A DNA stretch of 55,616 bases from the NCBI GenBank assembly GCA_032718475.1, contig JAUCBJ010008119.1, forward strand, positions 1 through 55,616. Direction: 5' to 3'. A program made the translations under genes and the position numbers. The number at the start of each line of letters is the position of its first letter. Within the stretch, counting starts at the first letter, position 1. The DNA is from Nemertoderma westbladi. Taxonomy: Eukaryota > Animalia > Xenacoelomorpha. The notes below the pieces were generated by a model. It was not told the origin of the DNA. It searched no databases and saw only the letters and a list, made by a program, of their open reading frames with translations. Of the stretch, positions 37,693 to 49,856 are shown in pieces.

Positions 37693-37834
37693 GCTCTATA
37701 CAGTCTTGGCCAGATGTTGGAGATGGGGGAGGCAGTGCCCAATTCGGTGTTCCAATCATTGGGTATCCGTGGAAACGACCAATCACTCATCGAGAATGTC
37801 TACCATCGTTGCCGGGAAACTCCCCCCACTAAAG
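37693..37834 (+). CDS. SEL1L3: SEL1L3-like exon (ALYSLGQMLEMGEAVPNSVFQSLGIRGNDQSLIENVYHRCRETPPTK)
   Basis: ttcag/gtgagt boundaries, in frame with the previous exon; resembles SEL1L3 GFFNLALLIEEG...LYERC. Downstream exons were not found in the window. Confidence 0.85.
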
Positions 37835-38109
37835 GTGAGTCACTCGATCGCGGTAACTCAGTTCGCATTTCTATTGGCTAATGTCATTTCTCCTAGGATT
37901 CATTTAGCAATTCTGATGTTTATTTTTAAGGCAAAATAATATTATTAAAATAGCGGTTTATACAACATTATAGAACCGGTACGTGTGGGTTTTGTATCTA
38001 TAAACACCATTTAGCGATAATTTATTATTGGTGTTATGTTATGGGTGAAAGTGAGTGGTTTCATATTATTATAACTTTTTGTTGGGCACAGCTTTTGCAA
38101 AGTCGGCAA

Positions 38110-38191
38110 TGACGTCCAGGTGGGATCGAACTGGTGACCTCCGGGTTGGAAGTCTGATGGTCTAACCGTTCAGCTAGCGGCTCAGGTAAAA
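38110..38191 (-). mobile_element. tRNA-derived SINE-like head, copy 1
   Basis: Minus strand reads GAGCCGCTAGCTGAACGGTTAG...CTTCCAA...CAGTTCGATCCC, with A-box and B-box-like motifs. Confidence 0.65.
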
Positions 38192-38350
38192 GAAAGACCT
38201 GGATACATCTTTTACTCTGATACATTGTATGTCCTCAATTTTCGGTTTTTATTATGGTTATGGTATTTTATTATGGTATTGACAGATGGGAGGCCATGAG
38301 GAGGTAAATTACGGAAATACAAGGTATCAGGTGGTATTTCTAGGTCTATA

Positions 38351-38430
38351 TTTTCCCTGAGCCGCTAGCTGAATGGTTAGAGCGTCAGACTTCCAACTCG
38401 GAGGTCACCAGTTCGATCCCACCCAACGCT
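38351..38430 (+). mobile_element. tRNA-derived SINE-like head, copy 2, inverted relative to copy 1
   Basis: TAGCTGAATGG A-box-like, GTTCGATCC B-box-like, CTTCCAA loop; no clean acceptor stem. Confidence 0.65.
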
Positions 38431-39415
38431 TATAAAATCCTAAAACTTTTAAAAGATTCTCAATGTTTCTAGCGAATTTCAGTGTCGAACTTCTTTGTCT
38501 CGAACTTCAATTCCAATTTTTTTAGTTCACGCCTTCTTACTGCTCTGGATATAAAGTTTACTGATATTTACTACAGTAATATCGGTTAAAAATTAAAGAT
38601 TCACCAATATTGATGACAATGTTCCCAAATAAATAGCCAACTATAAGAAAGTTTATTCCAGCGGGATCTCTTCATTGTGAGTCCATCGGACATCGAGGTT
38701 GTTCGGAGTACAACCGAGAGTTTATTGCCGAGTTTATTCCTGCGGGAACTCTTCTCAATTCAATTCTGGGGAGGTTTGTCATTCAATGGAAACGGATATC
38801 ATAAGATCCAGAGTGTTCCACTCCACAACACAACCATCCCACAACCCAGACTGGGTCGCACAAAAGACCACAACCCTCTTGGAACAAACATACGATGGTG
38901 ACGATTTCTTTTAAGATCGTTGCGACAGCTTAACAAGTTTTAAAACTTTAAACTTTTATTCCGCGCGGTATCCCAACCCGACCTAGACACATATCAACAT
39001 AAAACAGCGCAAGTGGTGGTTACAAAAGGGGGCAAAAAACTGCCGTTCCCTGTTACGAAAGCTGTGGGACAGTGTATTAATGATAATGGGGATCACAGTA
39101 GGGGGTTTAGTGTATCTCGGTCAGAGCACTTTGCTGGGATTGGGTCTATGTTGAAAAATTTTAAGTCCAATTATTCGTTTCGAACATTCACATTAGTGGA
39201 ATCGTATATTGCGCAAACCAAAAAGTTGAGTGCCTTTCAGAGGGAATATACTTGTCTTAGTTACATGTGTTAATGGACTCTTAACGCCTCAGAGTTTACG
39301 AATGAACGCCCCTCGCCACATGAAAAGTAATTTTAGTAAACAAGCGGAGTTGGAGTATACAAAAGTTGCAATTAGTGAATGTAAAGTAGAGCTCAACATT
39401 TTAGAAAGTAGCTAA

Positions 39416-39690
39416 TTTTTTTATTGTTTTTATTGTTTTATTATGCTAATAGTCGGGGTGGTTGGAATAAACGTGGTGGGTGGAAAATTTTCTACTTACT
39501 GTACTTAACATATAGTATAGGCGTACAGGTACAGTAGTAGTACCTACGTTTACCGGTGGTATACTCGGTACACGGTTTTTGGTTTCTTTCACTTTCAACT
39601 CAATTATTATGAGAACAAACGTTATTTACTCATATTAAAAAATGTACTAAATTTTTAGAAAAAATTAATAGTCGGGGTGTCTGGAAAAAG
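39416..39690. mobile_element. AT-rich insertion (possible non-autonomous DNA transposon fragment) in the Penelope N-terminal region
   Basis: Penelope-like coding sequence stops at 39415 and resumes near 39700; TAATAGTCGGGGTG occurs at 39447 and 39666. Confidence 0.4.
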
Positions 39691-41115
39691 ATAATACATC
39701 AGATTTGTGTGTAAAGCCGTAGATCATCAGACAAAGTCTGGTGGATTTTTTTTCAAATGTGTCGCCCCGTCTATTCGGGACTCCAGAGTACTTAGATACG
39801 GATTGCGCAATGGACTTAGACTGTTTCATCACAAATTACTCGACACTTTGTATGATAAAGAATTGGGCAAAATAAAAAATGAAGATAGTTTGGTTACGGT
39901 TGAAAGTTAATAATGCGAATGGACCAGGTGCAAAAATAACTATGCCAAAAACAGTGGTTAATTTAGGTGACAGAAACTCTAAACTCAACTCAACTGAAAG
40001 TTTGTGCTCTAGGATTGAACTTTGAGCCAACCCCCTCTCTTTCTTAAGTTGTATGAACCAGATTTTATTGTGTCAATTGAATCGGTTGCTAGACAGTTAG
40101 GAGGTACAAAGGGGCCTCTTTTAGACATGAGGCCCTATCCATCATAGAAAACCATGTAGGAAAACCCATTGTATCAAACGTAACCCAAGATGAGTGGGCA
40201 GCGATTGATTCCTTGGCTAAGGATAAATCTATTATTATCCGCCCGGCGGAAAAAGGAAATAAGACAGTCATCCTAAACAAAGTAGATTACGATATTAAAA
40301 TGGAAAACATTTTACATGATACATCTCAGTTTGTTGAACTTGACTGTGACCCCGGGAAAAAATGTGAAAGGCAAATACTCAGTAAACTGAAAGTGTGGTT
40401 TGACAATGGAGCAATTGACAACAAGCTACGTACTAAGTTAGGAGTATATCACTCACAGCTCCCCTACACCTACGTTAACCCAAAAATCCACAAAGAAGGG
40501 TCCCCGCTCCGCAACATACTGTAGTAGCGTATAATAACGCCCGTAGTGGATAAATAGCGTCTTTTGTTGCAAAATTATTAAGAAATTATCTATCATGTGT
40601 GGAATCATACATTAAGAACTCCACAGAGTTCATAAAAAATTAAAATCTGTTACAATTGGAACTAAGGACATCCAAACAAAGTTTCGATGTTGTAAATATG
40701 TTTGGAAACATACCTAGAGGAGATGCCTTTGATGTAGATATGAATATCGTTACCAATGATCCCGATTTTAAAGAATGTGCGGGCATAAGTACGGAGACCT
40801 TTACATCTTTTCTTAACCTTGTTTTAGAATAAACGTCGTTTCAGTACAATAATTATTTTTACCGACAGTGTAAAGACTCCCAATGGGTAACCCAGTTTCA
40901 CCTGTACTCAATTGCTTATTTATGTATAGACTTGAACATTTGGCTAGGGAACGGGATTTTTTGCCACACATATGGTTCAGATATGTGGACGATATTTGGT
41001 GTCTGGCCAACAATAAAAATATTTATAATTTACTTAAATGTATGTATAGCTTACACCAGGACATATCTTTCACTGTAGAGCAACAAGACACCCGCGGTAA
41101 CTTGCCCTTCTTAGA

Positions 41116-41664
41116 TGTTAGCTTATTCAATCCCGCTAACACCCCATAAAGTTAAGCCGATAAGCAATATTGGGAGCCACGAGATTGGGTAATTAACCAA
41201 CTCGTGCCATCCCAATGAGAATGGGAAGGAGAAGCACACAATGAGGGTCAGGGGCCAAACCCCTAACCCAGAGAGAACAGGTGGAGTGAACGGGAACACT
41301 CCAAAGGGCGCCAACAAGGGTATCAACCAATCAGAGGGGGGAAAGGCATCGATTAGGTAGAGTAACAAGGCCAACCGTGCAATATAGCCACTTGGCAGTA
41401 ATCATATCAATTCAGTTATCTCAGTGCAATATTGGTGCTAGTTTAGGTTAGATAGTTTAGCTAGGGAAGGACCGGGACTTTAGTTACCGTATCCCGCCTT
41501 CCGTATACAACAACCATATTATCTCATATCTATACCTATATCTATATCTGTATACCCAAATATTATATACGACGAACAGCACAAACTCCTTTATCTTTCA
41601 TACACGGCGGGGACGAGTGAACTAACAAACGGATAAACCGGGATCTCATCTGGATCCCGTCACA
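41116..41664 (+). repeat. 5' LTR (549 bp)
   Basis: TGTTAG...GTCACA; no difference from the 3' LTR seen by eye. Confidence 0.97.
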
Positions 41665-41764
41665 GTAACTAAATCGAGCTGCCGCCCTAGTTAAACTGTA
41701 AAACTAACTAAACCAACTGCTGGCCTAACTAGCCAAACCACCAGCCACCAATCTGCAGAAGGAG

Positions 41765-44700
41765 ATGAGTCAGTCGGGAGAAACAACACCGACGCGGACC
41801 CCGGACGAAGAACAAACGATCCGCGAGGCCGCGACCAGGCGGTATAGGCCCACGACGCCGGAGCCATCGGTAACGGGCGACCCGGAAATTCAAGATGAGG
41901 GGGACCGTCGGGAGTCAGAAGCCGAGTCGAGAGGAGGGGGAATCGAGTCGGAGGATAGAGAGAACAAGCTCGAGGGAGAAGGAGACGAGTCGACACGGGA
42001 CGGGGGTCGACGCACCGGTGTCGCCGGCCAGCCACAGGCCGAGGGCGACGAGCGGCCCACCGAAACGGCGACGGTGGGGCCAACGGTGCGGCGCCGGACG
42101 CGGAGAAACGGAGGAGAAATTGGTACCGATGTCGCCGGCCAGCCACAGGCCGAGGGCGACGGACGGCCCGCCGGAACGGCGACGGTGGGGCCGCCGGTAC
42201 GACGTCGAACCCGGAGAGACGGACGAGAGGTCGGCGACGAGGACGTCGGGGTTTCTGAGCAACTTCGACGGGCCTACAACGCGACCCGGAGACTACTAGA
42301 GGAGGCCAGAAAGGGGAAAACGATAGACGAGGTAAAACTAAAGTCAGTACTAGGTAAGTCGGACAGACATTTATATTATCTGATGCGCTTCAGGCAGAGA
42401 GAACTAGCCGAGGAGAGGGCGAAAGGGGTTGCCAGTGAACTGTTTGAACTATGGGAATGTGGGAGTATGGAACCTAGCGTAGCGTCAGTGTACATAGGGC
42501 CATACTTGGTCGATGCCCGGGGAGTAAAATTAGTGGGCTGGAGGGGACCTGAAGGGGGCGAATCCGAGGTTAACCCCGAGGATTCGGCCTCGTCGGTCGG
42601 AGGAAGTTCCGGGAAGCGGGGGAAAGTTAGTAGATCGGGAAGGCGGAGGGAGTCCGTCGGAACCGATAAGTCTGCTACATCCTCCGCAAAAGGAAGACGG
42701 GTGAGAGAGGTAGGTGCCACGTACCGTCTCGACCTGATAGAGCAAGGTCAGAAGGAAATGGATAAACGGTTGGAGGAGGGGAGAATGCGGCTAGAGAGGG
42801 AAGCGGCATTGATTAGAGAAACCGGAGAGAGGGCCGAAAGGGCTTTGAGAGGCCTTAGGGAGTGTGAGGAAATAGAGGAAAAGGAGTGTAGGGAGCGTGA
42901 GGCGAGAGAGGAAAGGGAACGCAAAGAGCGTGAGGCGGAACACAAGGAGCATGAGGCGAGAGAGGAAAAGGAACGCAAGGAGCGTGAGGCGAGACGGGAA
43001 AGTGAACGCAAGGAGCGTGAAGCGAGGCGAAGGGAGAGCGCTAGGAGAGTAGCAGAGCTGGCTGAGCGGGACGCGCGGGAATGTGAGAGGAGAATGGTAG
43101 AAGCTGAGCGAGAGCAAAAGGAACTAAAGAGACGCCAAGGTGAGCTTGCGGAACATAGGATTAGACGCATGCACGAGCTGCAACTGGTGCGGGCGGGGAC
43201 GTCTGAGAGCGGGACTGGCTCGAGTATTCTAGGGGAGCCAGGGGCCGTGGATACATTTATTAATACCCCACTTACAGGGACCGCACGACAGACCCAAAAC
43301 TGGTGTGACCGTACGGGCGGGGGGGGGGGGGTAATAATGATAATGGTACAGTAGACGTGGTTAATATTAATAGTACCGTATGGGATAATTCTAATCAAAC
43401 CTTTATTGCAGGAAATACTTTGCCTAGTGGTAGTAATTTAAATTTAAATCAGAACAATCCTAATATTAATGTAGAAAATAATTCTAATATTAATGTAGAA
43501 AATAATTCTAATATTAATGTAGCTACACAAAGTAATCCAAATAATTTAAATAATAATCCGAGCCCGAATTTACAAAATAATTCAGATAGTGTAGTCGCAC
43601 AAAATAATTCAAACGATTTTATTTCGAATGAACAAATTAATTCCGTTTCCAATATGGGTGCTATTAACATAAACACGTCGGGCGTGTATAGCCAGACAGA
43701 CGGGGGCCTGGTAGGTCGTACAGTTAGTAGGCAGGGAGTAGCTGGGTCAGGTAGACCCAGCGAGGGCCTGGTAGGCCACGTAGTTGGTAGGCAGGAAGAT
43801 GCTGGGTTGAATAGACCCAGCGAGGGCCTGGTAGGCCACACAGTTAGTAGGCAGGGAGTAGCTGGGTCAGGTAGACCCAGCGAGGGCCTGGTAGGCCACG
43901 TAGTTGGTAGGCAGGAAGAGGCTGGGTTGAATAGACCCAGCGAGGGCCTGGTAGGCCACATAGTTGGTAGGCAGGGAGCAGAGGGCCTGGTAGGCCACGT
44001 AATAGCAGAGGGAGAGGCGGGGGTGAATAGACCCGACCGTGATAGGGTTGATGTGTCGACTAGAGGGGGATATAGTAGCGGGGTGAGAGGTGGCGAAATT
44101 AGATGTGGCGGGTGGGGGGGGGGGGGGGGCTACAGGGGCCCCACAACAGCGAGTTAGCGGCGAAAGGGGGGGGGGGGGAGAGTGTCCCACAGCCGTCAGC
44201 GGATAATACGCGGGCCGAAATGGGTAAACCGCAACAACCGGCGACGGAAAGTAATAGGGGGATTGCGAGTATCCCCAGCGGCGTGCGACCGAGCAGAGAG
44301 AGACAGGTTGACGTCGTAAGAGGGCGGACGAAGCGTCGAGCCCGATCGGAAGAGGGAAGAAGAACAGTGGGGTTTAACCGGGAGGTCGACGAGAGATCTC
44401 ACGAGCGGGAATACTCCACTGAAAGGAGAAGGAGAGAAGACAGCAGTAGAGGTATCGCCGCGAACGATAGAAGAGCGAGGACGGATAGCGAGCCGTCGGT
44501 AGTTGAGATGAGAACGGAGAGTCGATGGGGTCGGACTCCGGGAGATTGCTGTCGCCCCGGAGAGATGCGACCCGGCGAGGCGCACTACGCGCCGATGGAG
44601 GGGTACGCGATGTACCGGTACGAAGACGAGAACAGTAGGGGGGGGGGGGGGGGTCGAAGAGAAACTTTCCGACGGAATACACCTATCGATCGAGAATACG

Positions 44701-47238
44701 GTAGCTGCGGGGAGGATTATTCGAGAAGAATAAACTTCGATCCCGAACAACACATGCAGACTGTAGGACATACTGTAGGCCTTACTGCACATACCATAGG
44801 CCATACTGAGAGAGGCAATGTGGGCGATAGGACAGCGTGGACAACGGGATTAAACCCGGAAGTCGCGGAATACATACCGGCGGGTAGGCCAGAAGCTGAT
44901 AGGCCTATACCGGTACCAGTACAGCAGTATGACTACAGCATGCAGGGACATAACATATACCCAGGGGAGGGGGGAATTATTGCGGATAGGTGCATGGGCC
45001 CCAACATATTAACATCAACCCCAGTACCAAACATACCGGTGGGGGGGGGGACAGGGTGACATTCCCCCATCACAATATCAACAATATACCCCGATAGGAG
45101 CAAGAACAACGAGACCCTTGGATGAGAATAGGTCGTGTGATACAGACATATGGAGGGGGCCGCTACCCCCGATGACATACCCAAGTCAGAGAAGATCGAG
45201 AAATAGGACGAACGAACCGCACCAGACAGGAGAAACTATACAGCACCCGTCGAATCCATTGGAAGCGCATGCGATGGGGATGGCCACGTTGATCGATGCG
45301 TTGAAAACGAGGATCGAGTTACCACCCGTGGAACCATTCAAATTCGATGGGAGCAGGCCGGAAGAATATCTACAGTTTCGGCGCATGTATAGTAACGAAA
45401 TACTAACAAAAAACTTGACGCAGGCGGAGTGCCTAAAGTATCTGCAAGTATACACGGGAGGCCCAGCATACGATATCGTGAGGCAATATCAAGGAATAGA
45501 GGGCGGCTTCACGACAGCATGGCGGGCACTGGATAGGGAATACGGGAACCCGGCCAAAATCATCAGGCAAACGCTGAGAGGCATAACATCGGGTGGCCTA
45601 CAGGATAATCTCGTTAGCATTAAAACGTTCGCTAACAAAGTCGAAAAGGCGCTGATCGTGCTGAAGACGCTAGACGCGCCATACGAGCTCAACGCGTCCA
45701 ACAACATCACCACGATAGCGCAGGCACTACCAAACTGGCTGCGCAACAAGTGGAGGAAAATCGCCTTCTCCACTCGAGACAAGAAGGGTGCGGAACCGGG
45801 TTTAGAAGAAATGTCAAACTTCTTAAACTACGAGGCTGAGCTAATAACTGACCCAGTCTATAGCGAAGATAGCCTGGGAAAGGGACCGAAGACGGATTAC
45901 CATAGACCGAAACCAGAGCACAATACATCAAACGCATTACCGAGGCTCAGGCTGGTTGACAGTGGAGCTGCCTTCACACTAGTCGAGGAATGGGTGGCCG
46001 AAGAGATAGGATTGAGAACGAGGCCAAGCAGAATGGCGGTAACAACCATCTCTAGCAAAGATGAGATCCTGGAGATGAGAACAGGACGGTGCGCAATTGC
46101 AGCAGTGGCACCGGGATGCGACTACGGGGCAACCATCGACCCCATCCAAGTGATAGAATCAATTAATATCAATGCCAGGCGGCCAACCAACATCGAGGTC
46201 GAGCAATAGAAATTCCTGGACGACATTGACTTCTCAATCCCAGATGTGGACGTTAGGAAGGTATCCATCATAGTAGGAATGGACTGCCCAACGGCCCACG
46301 AAAGAATGCAAACGGTCTTCGGCGAAGACAAGCAGTGTGAACCGGTGGCGATATTAACACCATTCGGGTGGACACTGACAGGCCCAATTAAGAGTAATAT
46401 ACCATTCCATGCGTCTGAGAGTTCAGGATGCATGGTGCCAGGAACTGTCGACGAGATAGAGGAGAGGCCAGAGATGGGCAATAGTGGTAGACAGCTAGAA
46501 GTGGAAGCAACACCACGAGAGTGGGCGGAGGAGAATGGCATGGATGCAGAAGATCTAGAGACGATGGGTTGGAACAAGAGTCCCAGCAAGCATCGGTATG
46601 GAGATGGAGAGGAGCGGACGGCAAAATGTCCGGGGGACAGGACGGAGGAGTGTCCGGAAGAGATGCCGGTCCGGTTGGGAGGCATGCCGACAAGGGGGAG
46701 GCCGAGCAGGAGGACTAAATGGAAAGGGAGAAGACTTGAGACGATCAGACCAGGGGCAGAGAAGCCCGTGGGTGGGCATGTGATGGACAAAGGATCCGGG
46801 AAAGTAGGAGGCGTGCTGCATACGCACGCGGGACTGACAGAGTGTGAAGGAGCATTACATGGGCAGAGACCGTGTATACCGAAGGACGAACGGGGGTCGT
46901 CGAGGCCTTTAGTGCCAGCACACATATTAAGGGGGAGGCCAGCAGAGGTGGCATCTAAGATTAAGGAGAAGAACAGGGGCGGCATTATACCGCCGGGTGA
47001 CACGTTGAAGGGTGGCACTTTGCCGCCAAGGGACGACCACGAGATCAGAAACATAAATAGCAGACAGCATTTCCAAAAACAGGAGAAAAGACCACCTATC
47101 GAATTGACAAGGAGAGCGGAGCGAAGAATTAGAGAACCTATAGGGGGGCAGTGGGAGAGTTGCCTGCTGGAGGAATCACCCCTTGGGTCGCTGAGTTGTC
47201 CAACAGGTTGGACTGGGATGGAAGAGTTAGATCCGTAA
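41765..47238 (+). pseudogene. Gag-protease polyprotein of BEL/Pao type; one long frame broken by three shifts at G homopolymers and one TAG (46207-46209)
   Basis: Coiled coil; DUF1759-like IELPPVEPFKFDGS...LKYLQVYTGGPA...LDREYGNP; aspartic protease LVDSGAAFT, IIVGMD, TPFGWTLTGP. Frame changes map to G runs at ~43320, ~44120 and ~45045. Confidence 0.88.
43704..44000 (+). repeat. 60-bp coding repeat (EGLVGHxVxRQ...RPS) in gag, alternating two unit types
   Basis: Visible in DNA and translation. Confidence 0.9.
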
Positions 47239-47429
47239 AAGGTGCGGGCAGAGGTGTTACCTGTCTGTTAGAAGGGGCACCTTAGTGGAGTTAGAGAAGA
47301 GTTTAGTCGTCCAAGTTTTGGACTGAGGGGGGTGGGATTGAGGGCGAGACGCCCTTCCCACACATAAAATAAAAAAAATAGAAAATAAAATAAAATAAAT
47401 AAGTACATAGTAGGTACGCAGTTAGTAGG

Positions 47430-48125
47430 CAGTAAGAGGGTACGTAGTACCTAGAAGTTAGTCAGTAAGAGGGTATGTAGTACCTAGAGTTAGTTAGCTA
47501 GGAGGTACGTAGTACCTAGAGTTAGTTAGTTAGGAGGTACGTAGTACCTAGAGTTAGTTAGTTAGGAGGTACGTAGTACCTAGAGTTAGTTAGTTAGAGG
47601 GTACATAGTACCGATAGTTAGTTAGAGAGTTAGAAGGTACGTAGTACCGATAGTTAGTTAGAGAGTTAGAGGGTACGTAAGTACCGATAGTTAGTTAGAG
47701 AGTTAGAGGGTATGTAGTACCGATAGTTAGTTAGAGAGTTAGAAGGTACGTAGTACCGATAGTTAGTTAGAGAGTTAGAGGGTACGTAAGTACCGATAGT
47801 TAGTTAGAGAGTTAGAAGGTACGTAGTACCGCTAGTTAGTTAGAGAGTTAGAGGGTACGTAAGTACCGCTAGTTAGTTAGAGTTAGAGGGTATGTAGTAC
47901 CATTAGTTAGAGAAGAGTTAGAGGGTACGTAGTACCGTTAGTTAGAGAAGAGTTAGAGGGTACGTAGTACCGTTAGTTAGAGAAGAGTTAGAGGGTACGT
48001 AGTACCGTTAGTTAGAGAAGAGTTAGAGGGTACGTAGTACCGTTAGTTAGAGGAGAGTTAGAGGGTACGTAGTACCGTTAGTTAGTTAGAATTAGAGTTA
48101 GAGGGTACGTAGTACCGTTAGTTAG
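47430..48125. repeat. About 20 tandem 31-40-bp units, each with a GGTAC-GTA-GTACC mini-hairpin
   Basis: Directly visible in the non-coding spacer between gag-protease and the extra ORF. Confidence 0.93.
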
Positions 48126-48608
48126 AAGAGAGAGAGTAAGAGGTAGAAGGGGTATAAGATATAGATATTAGTTAGCAGTTAGTAGCGAGAGGGGGGCATA
48201 TGGGTACAGCTGGATAAATCGTGTGGCCACACGACGCATACTGCTGTACTGCATAGGCCCACAGAGTAGGCCAGAATGTGGATTAGAGAATAGAATAATC
48301 TATAGGCAATAGTAAGTAGTAGGACAGTAGAATTAAAATAGATAAATAAATAGAATAGGGCTGAAAGTTACAAAATAATGGCAACACAAGGGAAGTTATT
48401 CTAGAACATAATAAAAGTAACGGACAGAAATTGTAAATTACGCTCATTTACTAGCTTCACAATTAATTAGTGATAATTTAGGTTAAAAGGCGCAGTTAGG
48501 TAAGAAATAGGCCATTATCGAACCGTACAGAACATCCTAGATACATCACTCATCTGTATTGCGCCTTGGTAAGGCACCACCTTGCAGGTGAGCGAGTGAA
48601 CGTTCGGA

Positions 48609-49856
48609 ATGGCGAGCAAGTTGATCAGAAAGAGAAAGGCGGAGTCAGGAGGAAAGGAGATACTGGTGGATTTCACCGAGAGGCATCCGGAAGAGAAGAC
48701 GAGAGGATACTACGAGAGGTTGGAAAGGGGTCACGCGGCACGAGCGCTGCAGGATCACTTCAGGGAGATGCACGAACAGCGGCTGGTCGGGACCTACGGG
48801 ACGCCGTCGCTGGACAACGCGATCTTCCAACACTTCCACTACGTGGTGAAAGGGGACGAGGCGAAGTTCGGGATTCCGAAGTACCCGAGGGAATCACCGA
48901 GGAAGGACTGGAAGAGATTCATAGAGTCCGTCAACAGAGGAGGATATATGATCCTAGACGACGAGGGAACCGTGGAAGACGAGGCGGGTTCGAGACGAGG
49001 AACGGCGGAGTCGGCCAGGACCATACTCCTACATTTGGCCGCGCCAAATGGGGACATCTTCTTATTCGACCTAGGGACGTATGGGAAGAAGGACGGGCCG
49101 AAATTAAACCGGTTACCGAAAGCGGTACAAGTCTTGGTAAGAGAGAAGTTGACGACGAAAGTGGGATCGGCGATTCGCGAGGATGCGGAGAGAATCATCG
49201 GTCCGGACGCCACCAACCTCCTGGATATGCAGAAGGTCTTTATGGCTATGACGGCACCGGATGGGTTGGGGGTAGTCGAAAACACAGACCAATGCGGGGC
49301 GGTGGCAATGGGCCAATTATTGGGGCTCGTGTGCCACAAACCGATGGATTGGGGGAAGTTTAGGGAAGAATACGGAGCAGAACTAGCGAACTCGCTAAAG
49401 TGGGGAGCGAGACCGGGAAAGCAGGAGGTATATCAATTCCGCAGGGGAGCGATAAAGGTATATCAGAAGCGATATATCCTGCAGGAGGACTGGATGATGA
49501 TAAGTTTGCTTAACTTATTCATGACCGTGGTTATCGAGAGGGAACCAGGGGCATTTCTGTTATCGGGATCACCCCTAAGCTACAGGAGAGCCTTTAAGAC
49601 GGCCTTTGACGGTCTGGTAGACCACCCGGGGCTGAAGGGCGAGTCGGTGTACTACAACAGCCGGCATCTGGTAGACGGGGAGACAGATACACCGTATCAG
49701 AGATGGGAGCAGCTAGAGACGGATAGACGAGAAGCAAAGCGACTGGAAGAAGTCGCTAGACGGGAGAGGATAGAAGCAGAGGAGAGGGAAGAGGAGGCCA
49801 GGACGCAGAGTTACGGCTTCATTGGACTTCATCAGGGAGTTCGGGGGAGTCTCTAG
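48609..49856 (+). CDS. DnaQ-like DEDDy 3'-5' exonuclease domain protein (WRN-exo/EXD2/Mut-7-like), 5' part of the extra ORF
   Basis: ExoI ILDDEG (48957-48965); LLHLAAPNGDIFLFDL; LPKAVQVLV...TKVGSAIRED (ExoII); LLDMQ; ExoIII-like QKRYILQED. Confidence 0.72.
   Translation: MASKLIRKRKAESGGKEILVDFTERHPEEKTRGYYERLERGHAARALQDHFREMHEQRLVGTYGTPSLDNAIFQHFHYVVKGDEAKFGIPKYPRESPRKDWKRFIESVNRGGYMILDDEGTVEDEAGSRRGTAESARTILLHLAAPNGDIFLFDLGTYGKKDGPKLNRLPKAVQVLVREKLTTKVGSAIREDAERIIGPDATNLLDMQKVFMAMTAPDGLGVVENTDQCGAVAMGQLLGLVCHKPMDWGKFREEYGAELANSLKWGARPGKQEVYQFRRGAIKVYQKRYILQEDWMMISLLNLFMTVVIEREPGAFLLSGSPLSYRRAFKTAFDGLVDHPGLKGESVYYNSRHLVDGETDTPYQRWEQLETDRREAKRLEEVARRERIEAEEREEEARTQSYGFIGLHQGVRGSL

Noticed and set aside
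38285-38305. Possible micro-exon (cag ATGGGAGGCCATGAGGAG gtaaat) continuing the SEL1L3-like gene
   Set aside because: Introduces a TGA in the required phase
38351-38430. Functional tRNA-Gly(TCC) gene
   Set aside because: Acceptor and anticodon stems pair poorly; better explained as a tRNA-derived repeat
41123-41374. Identical 83-aa ORFs at 41123 and 51847
   Set aside because: Antisense frames within the two LTRs; they only confirm LTR identity
46400-47238. Region after the protease as a degenerate reverse transcriptase
   Set aside because: No YVDD/YMDD, RNase H or integrase motifs recognised in the translations
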